A stretch of DNA of 64,000 nt, taken from assembly GCA_965242725.1 (NCBI GenBank), contig CBDESZ010000027.1, positions 59,922 through 123,921 on the forward strand. Direction: 5' to 3'. The notes below the pieces were generated by a model. It was not told where the DNA came from, did not search any database, and worked only from the letters and a program-made list of their open reading frames with translations. Shown one piece after another: positions 59,170-64,000 of this stretch. The stretch comes from Alkalispirochaeta sp. GTDB taxonomy: Bacteria; Spirochaetota; Spirochaetia; DSM-27196; Alkalispirochaetaceae. Numbering within the stretch: position 1 is the stretch's first letter; every line of letters begins with the position of its first letter. A program made the position numbers and the translations under genes.

Positions 59170-60648
59170 ATGGAACTACCGCGCCTGAAACAGGCAATCT
59201 CCTATCTCAGGGATATTACCTCCGATCTCGCGGACGATGTTGTCGGATCGGAACTGCACTCAACACTGCGGGACGTCGGTGCCGCGGCGACCAAGAAATC
59301 GAGCACCTGGCCTCCACTGAAGATCGGCAGACTGACGGTCCCCACACCGATCGTCCAGGGCGGTATGGGTGTCGGCATTTCCCTTTCCGGTCTCGCTTCG
59401 GCAGTTGCAAACGCCGGGGGCATCGGTGTCGTCGCCGCCAACGGCATCGGTCTCCTTGAAAAGGACTATTACCGCGACGGGCGTTCCGCCAACCTCCGCG
59501 CATTTCGACGGGAAATACAAACCGCCCGGAGCAGGAGCGACGGCGCGATCGGGGTCAATATCATGGTTGCGGTAAACGACTTCCATGAGCTGCTTGACGT
59601 GGCAATCGAGGAAGAGGTGGATATCGTTTTCATGGGCGCGGGCCTTCCTATCAAGAACATTCCCGTCAAGCGCATGCGTGAGAAGAACGTCGCCGTGGCG
59701 CCGATCGTCAGTTCGGTCCGGGCGACCGAAATGATTTTCAGAATGTGGAAAAAAATATACGGTGACGTTCCCGATGCCGTTGTCATTGAAGGCCCGCTTG
59801 CGGGAGGACACCTCGGGTTCACCGCTGAACAGCTTGACGACCCGGACTACCAGCTCGAGGCAATTGTTCCCGATATCGTGGAAGCCCTGAAACCCTTTGA
59901 AGAGGAGTTCAATAAATCCATTCCCCTCATCGCCGGCGGCGGAGTCTACACCGGAGAAGATGTATACCGCGTTCTGCGTCTCGGCGCCGCGGCGGTACAG
60001 ATGGGTACCCGCTTTGTCGCGACGGATGAGTGCGATGCCGACCGGCGCTTCAAGGAAGCCTACGTCCAGTGTCGTGAAGAGGATATTGGATTGATTCACA
60101 GTCCCGTCGGTATGCCGGGACGGGCAATTCGCAACGAATTCATCGTCGACGCAGAAGAAGGACGGCGGCCGGCCTTCAGGTGCGCATGGCAGTGTCTGGC
60201 CAGCTGCAAGGCCGAAGACGCGAAGTACTGTATTTCAATCGCGCTGAACAACGCCCGAAAGGGAAATTTCAAGGGCGGATTTGTCTTTGCCGGCGCCAAT
60301 GCGCACCGGGTGGAAGAGATCGTCCCGGTTTCCACACTCCTAGGGGAACTGGCCTCTTCATACCGCCACGCCGTGGAAGTGAATACGGCGGCGCGGCTTG
60401 AGGATTTCCTTGAGCGGTTGCGGGCACTACGGGAACGCTACCGTACACGTACCCTGGCCATACAGGAGCTTCGCCGTTCCTATGAAATGGCGCTCGCCGC
60501 CCGCGTCCGTGAAGCGCGGGCTATGTCGGACTCCGGCGTCAAAATGGTACGGGAAACCTATGAACAGGCGGTGGGAGAACTGCGGCGACTGCGGATTACC
60601 CTCGCCGAAGAGCTGGCGTCATCGTGGACGCTCGTCTCACAAATGTAA
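59170..60648 (+). CDS. Nitronate monooxygenase-family flavoprotein, FabX-like, with coiled-coil tail
   Basis: PIVQGGMGVGIS, EGPLAGGH, QMGTRF, CAWQCLASC...YCI. Confidence 0.82.
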   Translation: MELPRLKQAISYLRDITSDLADDVVGSELHSTLRDVGAAATKKSSTWPPLKIGRLTVPTPIVQGGMGVGISLSGLASAVANAGGIGVVAANGIGLLEKDYYRDGRSANLRAFRREIQTARSRSDGAIGVNIMVAVNDFHELLDVAIEEEVDIVFMGAGLPIKNIPVKRMREKNVAVAPIVSSVRATEMIFRMWKKIYGDVPDAVVIEGPLAGGHLGFTAEQLDDPDYQLEAIVPDIVEALKPFEEEFNKSIPLIAGGGVYTGEDVYRVLRLGAAAVQMGTRFVATDECDADRRFKEAYVQCREEDIGLIHSPVGMPGRAIRNEFIVDAEEGRRPAFRCAWQCLASCKAEDAKYCISIALNNARKGNFKGGFVFAGANAHRVEEIVPVSTLLGELASSYRHAVEVNTAARLEDFLERLRALRERYRTRTLAIQELRRSYEMALAARVREARAMSDSGVKMVRETYEQAVGELRRLRITLAEELASSWTLVSQM

Positions 60649-60649
60649 G

Positions 60650-61333
60650 TCAGGGACTATCGGCAAGACTGAGGAGGTCCGATACGACCTTTGCACCCGT
60701 TGCCTTCAGCCGATCTAACGACTGATGGCCGTCGGCAACGAGGATGCAGTCTATTCCCATTTCCATCGCAACCTCATAGTCGTGAACGGTATCACCGACC
60801 ATTACCACCGTATCGCGGTCGTCGCGGAAGGTGGCGGCAACGGACCTGGCGAGCTCCGCCTTTGAATGGGCCAGGTGATCGGTCAGCCCGTATATTCCCT
60901 GAAAATAGTCGCCGATCCCATGCCATGCAACGGCTGCAATGAGATCCTCCTCCCTGCTCGCGGAAAGGATCAACTGCCTGACGCCGCGACGATTGAGGAA
61001 ATCGAGAATGTCTCTGACGCCATTATGGAGGGGGCATTCTCCGATGCGACGGTGAAATTCCTCAATAAACTCATGGGCGATCATGTGGAAGTCCCGGCGA
61101 TCAAAGACAAATCCCGCACGTTCATAGTAGGTCATCACGGGAAAATCGAATATCTCCCGATAGCGATGCCGGTCCATGGTCGGCAGCCCGCGGCGACGGA
61201 GCATGGCATTGGCGACGTCGAGGGCGAGCCACTGGTCGTCCAGCAGCGTCCCGTTCCAATCCCAGATGATTTGCCGGTACCGGTCAAGTCGGCACCCCGC
61301 CCGCGGGGGTCGCTCCATCGGTTCTTCCGTCAT
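60650..61333 (-). CDS. HAD-family hydrolase
   Basis: IWDWNGTLLDD, LSAS, VGDTVHD. Confidence 0.9.
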   Translation of the reverse strand: MTEEPMERPPRAGCRLDRYRQIIWDWNGTLLDDQWLALDVANAMLRRRGLPTMDRHRYREIFDFPVMTYYERAGFVFDRRDFHMIAHEFIEEFHRRIGECPLHNGVRDILDFLNRRGVRQLILSASREEDLIAAVAWHGIGDYFQGIYGLTDHLAHSKAELARSVAATFRDDRDTVVMVGDTVHDYEVAMEMGIDCILVADGHQSLDRLKATGAKVVSDLLSLADSP

Positions 61334-61353
61334 ACTACACACCCCGTCGCATC

Positions 61354-62247
61354 CTAAAGATGCAACGCCTTTTTCCAGTCCGTATCGTTAAAGAGCGAGA
61401 CGTGGAGGACATAGAAAATCACCGCGACAGGGATAAAAATCAGCGCGGTAATCCCCGACCATCCTACTCCCCCTCCCGTCACCACATCGAGGGCGACAAG
61501 CATGACCGTAAGGTCGAGAAAGAAAAAGCCGCCGAGATTGAGCCCCTTTCGGCGTACCCGCAGGAGATAGGTACTGTACATCGCAATGGGTATAAGGACC
61601 GCCGCCACGATGAGCGACCACCGGCCGGCTTCACCGGGCGCATAGGTAACGACGGAGGCGTCCGCTCCGCCCCGGAGAAGGAGCTCAAGGGCGATGACAA
61701 GAAAGGTGATATCCACCGCTGCAAAGGTGACGATTCCGGGAATTCGCCGTCGCCGTACGACGAGGTACAGAAGGAAACTTTCAACAGCGAGAAAGGCGAT
61801 AATAAATATCGGAAGCATCGGCGATACCGGACCGGCAACACGAAGTGAAATCAACAGATACACGACAATGACCGTCAGGAGCGACCCCGTAACGGATAGG
61901 AGCGGTTTACGCCCAAACCGATAAAAGAGCCACGCGATAAAGGCCGTCGCGACGACGGGAACGATGACGAAATAGGACCACGAAATGGATCCGTTACCGG
62001 TGAGATCAAGAAAGGCGGTCAGGACAACGGGGAAGAGCGCGAGGAAACCGACCGCTCCCCGGAAGAGGCCCCGCTGTTGCTCCTTTGTGAGGGGCCGGTA
62101 CATCGAGCGCGGGGGAATGACGTCTGCGGGATAGTCACCCTCCGGTGCATCTTCCTTCCGTACCTCTTCCGGTATGGCCGTTCCGCACAGGGGACACGCA
62201 TCCAACCGGTCTTCAACCTCTACACCACAGCGTGGACAATACGCCAT
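61354..62247 (-). CDS. Zinc-ribbon membrane protein (DUF6320-like)
   Basis: YCPRCG...CPLCG followed by about eight hydrophobic segments. Confidence 0.7.
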   Translation of the reverse strand: MAYCPRCGVEVEDRLDACPLCGTAIPEEVRKEDAPEGDYPADVIPPRSMYRPLTKEQQRGLFRGAVGFLALFPVVLTAFLDLTGNGSISWSYFVIVPVVATAFIAWLFYRFGRKPLLSVTGSLLTVIVVYLLISLRVAGPVSPMLPIFIIAFLAVESFLLYLVVRRRRIPGIVTFAAVDITFLVIALELLLRGGADASVVTYAPGEAGRWSLIVAAVLIPIAMYSTYLLRVRRKGLNLGGFFFLDLTVMLVALDVVTGGGVGWSGITALIFIPVAVIFYVLHVSLFNDTDWKKALHL

Positions 62248-62250
62248 CGC

Positions 62251-63534
62251 TTACCTCCTGTTTGTTCTGATCGAGACGGCCAAACCGATCTTCCGCAGGC
62301 GTGAAAAAAACCGCCTCTCGATTGCACTATCCTGTTTGGTTCCGGCAAAAACAATGCTCGTCTTTCCACCGTAGGCGATGGATGTCGCGTTCAGTGCATT
62401 ATTATGCGGCGGCGGAATGAAATGGTAGGATCTGACATGGCGCCGCATCTCTTCAGGAATCGATACACGCCCCAGATTTGAAAATCCTACGGTGAACATG
62501 CTCGTTCCAAAGGCGGCATACGCCCATTTGAGGATAGGATCTTTGATGAAGAGCGGCACAATGCGTATAAAGGGATTCAGCTCGCTTTTCAGGTTTCTCA
62601 CGATCTGCCGCCGAATGAAGCGGTGATCAAGCTCAAACCGCATGAAATGGTGCACCTTTGAGAGAATATCTTCGAAACTGAAGGACCCGAGGCGGGGATC
62701 GATACCCGGCTCCACGGAGAGTACAAAGTTCCGCATCGTCCGGGAGGGGAAAAACTGCCGCAGATTGATGGGTATTGCCACACGAAGGGGTTTGGGCGAC
62801 AGGTTTCGGGCAACCATTTCTTCACGGAGCGTGTCGATGATCAGTGCCGTCAGGTACTCGCCCACAGTCGTTCCCTTTTCCTTTGACAGCCGTCGCAAAT
62901 CATCACTGTCGACGATCCCCTCTATGACGTTGAAGACCGGCGGCCGTGCCGTCTTTCCACCGAAATGGAGAGCGTCCGACTGTCGTTGTGCAGAAGGCAC
63001 CCCTTTCCGATACTCCCTGTGAAAGCTGTCCTCGTACTCTTCCGGGTGGGGCGTCCCCCGGGGATCGATAAGCTCGTTACGAGGATCCACCTCGTCACCC
63101 CGGAGCCTGAAATATTCAACAAGGATACCGTTCAGAAATGCGAGCGCCCCCGTCCCGTCGGTCAGGATATGAGAAACTTCAAGGGCGATGCGGTTCCGGT
63201 ACGCCAGCAGGCGCAGCGGTACGACGCCGCGCCGTTTAAAGGGCAGATACATGCAGGGATAACGGCTTTCCGCCTCGACGTGGACGGGCTCATCGGTCCG
63301 TTCAAAGTAGTACCAGAATATTCCCCGCCGAAGCTCGACGTGATAGTAGGGACACCGTACAAGCATTGTATCAAGGGCAGACTGGAGTCGCTCGACATTG
63401 ATCGGCTCATCGATCTCTGCAGCCAGTCGAAACATCGTCGTTCGCCGGCGGGAAAGCATGCCGGGAAAGATGAGCGCCGCGTTGTCGAGACGATAGGGAA
63501 TATGGTCCTGGGACTGCGCTTCGTCGGTTGACAA
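62251..63534 (-). CDS. Condensation-domain / alcohol acetyltransferase-like acyltransferase
   Basis: LDNAA.IF, HILTDG (HxxxDG), PINLR.FFPS.TMRNF, FSNLG. Confidence 0.8.
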   Translation of the reverse strand: MSTDEAQSQDHIPYRLDNAALIFPGMLSRRRTTMFRLAAEIDEPINVERLQSALDTMLVRCPYYHVELRRGIFWYYFERTDEPVHVEAESRYPCMYLPFKRRGVVPLRLLAYRNRIALEVSHILTDGTGALAFLNGILVEYFRLRGDEVDPRNELIDPRGTPHPEEYEDSFHREYRKGVPSAQRQSDALHFGGKTARPPVFNVIEGIVDSDDLRRLSKEKGTTVGEYLTALIIDTLREEMVARNLSPKPLRVAIPINLRQFFPSRTMRNFVLSVEPGIDPRLGSFSFEDILSKVHHFMRFELDHRFIRRQIVRNLKSELNPFIRIVPLFIKDPILKWAYAAFGTSMFTVGFSNLGRVSIPEEMRRHVRSYHFIPPPHNNALNATSIAYGGKTSIVFAGTKQDSAIERRFFSRLRKIGLAVSIRTNRR

Positions 63535-63537
63535 GAT

Positions 63538-64000
63538 CTACCGCTTCACCCGGGCGTTACCGCTCCAAATAGACCAGATCTGCTCCTCGTCGGCGGGTTG
63601 GCCGTAATCGGTCAGGAAAGTCGTCGCCAGCACGCCGCTGGCCCACCCGAACTGTATCCACTTTTCCGGATCCCATTCCCTGAGAATTGCATACAGCAGG
63701 CCGCCGACGAAGCCGTCTCCTCCGCCGATGCGGTCAAGCACGCCTATTTCCCGGGGTTCCGCAAGATGCCACCGGTCGCCGACGGAGAGGATGGCGCCCC
63801 ACAGATGGGTGTTGGCGCTGACCACTTCACGCAGCGTCGTTGCACATACCGCGGCGGAAGGAAACTGTTTCTTCACCGTACCGATCATTTCCTTGAAACT
63901 GTCGATCTTGGAAGAGAGGTCGCTTCCCCCCGCTTCCGGACCTTCCAGACCCAGGGACAGCTGAAAGTCCTCTTCATTTCCCACCAGGATATCGGAAATG
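63538..64000 (-). CDS. PfkB-family sugar kinase (KdgK-like), 5' part outside the window
   Basis: GNEED, DRIGGGDGF. Confidence 0.88.
   Translation of the reverse strand, partial: ISDILVGNEEDFQLSLGLEGPEAGGSDLSSKIDSFKEMIGTVKKQFPSAAVCATTLREVVSANTHLWGAILSVGDRWHLAEPREIGVLDRIGGGDGFVGGLLYAILREWDPEKWIQFGWASGVLATTFLTDYGQPADEEQIWSIWSGNARVKR

Overview
GC-rich bacterial chromosome segment, most likely from a free-living spirochaete (class I LysRS, two ClpP paralogues, spirochaete-style Era, RsmB/NOP and OmpA proteins; the taxon is an inference). It is mostly housekeeping and metabolic: clpP-era-rpiA-lysS-rlpA, seven tRNA genes, tig-clpP-clpX-lon, a UvrD-family helicase, rarA, asd, gdhA, fabF, fused trehalose synthase/phosphatase and a PTS cluster. 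At least seven single-base frameshifts in short mononucleotide runs suggest long-read consensus errors. Main findings: (1) an unannotated 44-codon Thr/Lys/Ile-rich leader peptide with protector, antiterminator and terminator stems upstream of asd, i.e. a candidate multi-amino-acid ribosome-mediated attenuator that appears to be leaderless; (2) repeated sigma70 promoters placed directly before start codons with no Shine-Dalgarno; (3) a 1287-bp IS-like element with 22-bp inverted repeats, an atypical DDE-like transposase and a C-to-G skew switch; (4) an att-like duplication of the tRNA-Leu(TAA) 3' end; (5) an inositol-monophosphatase/ADP-ribosylglycohydrolase fusion, a SodC lacking one Cu ligand, and a divergent fabF/FabX-like pair. 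No CRISPR array or rRNA was seen. All calls were made by eye, without database searches.
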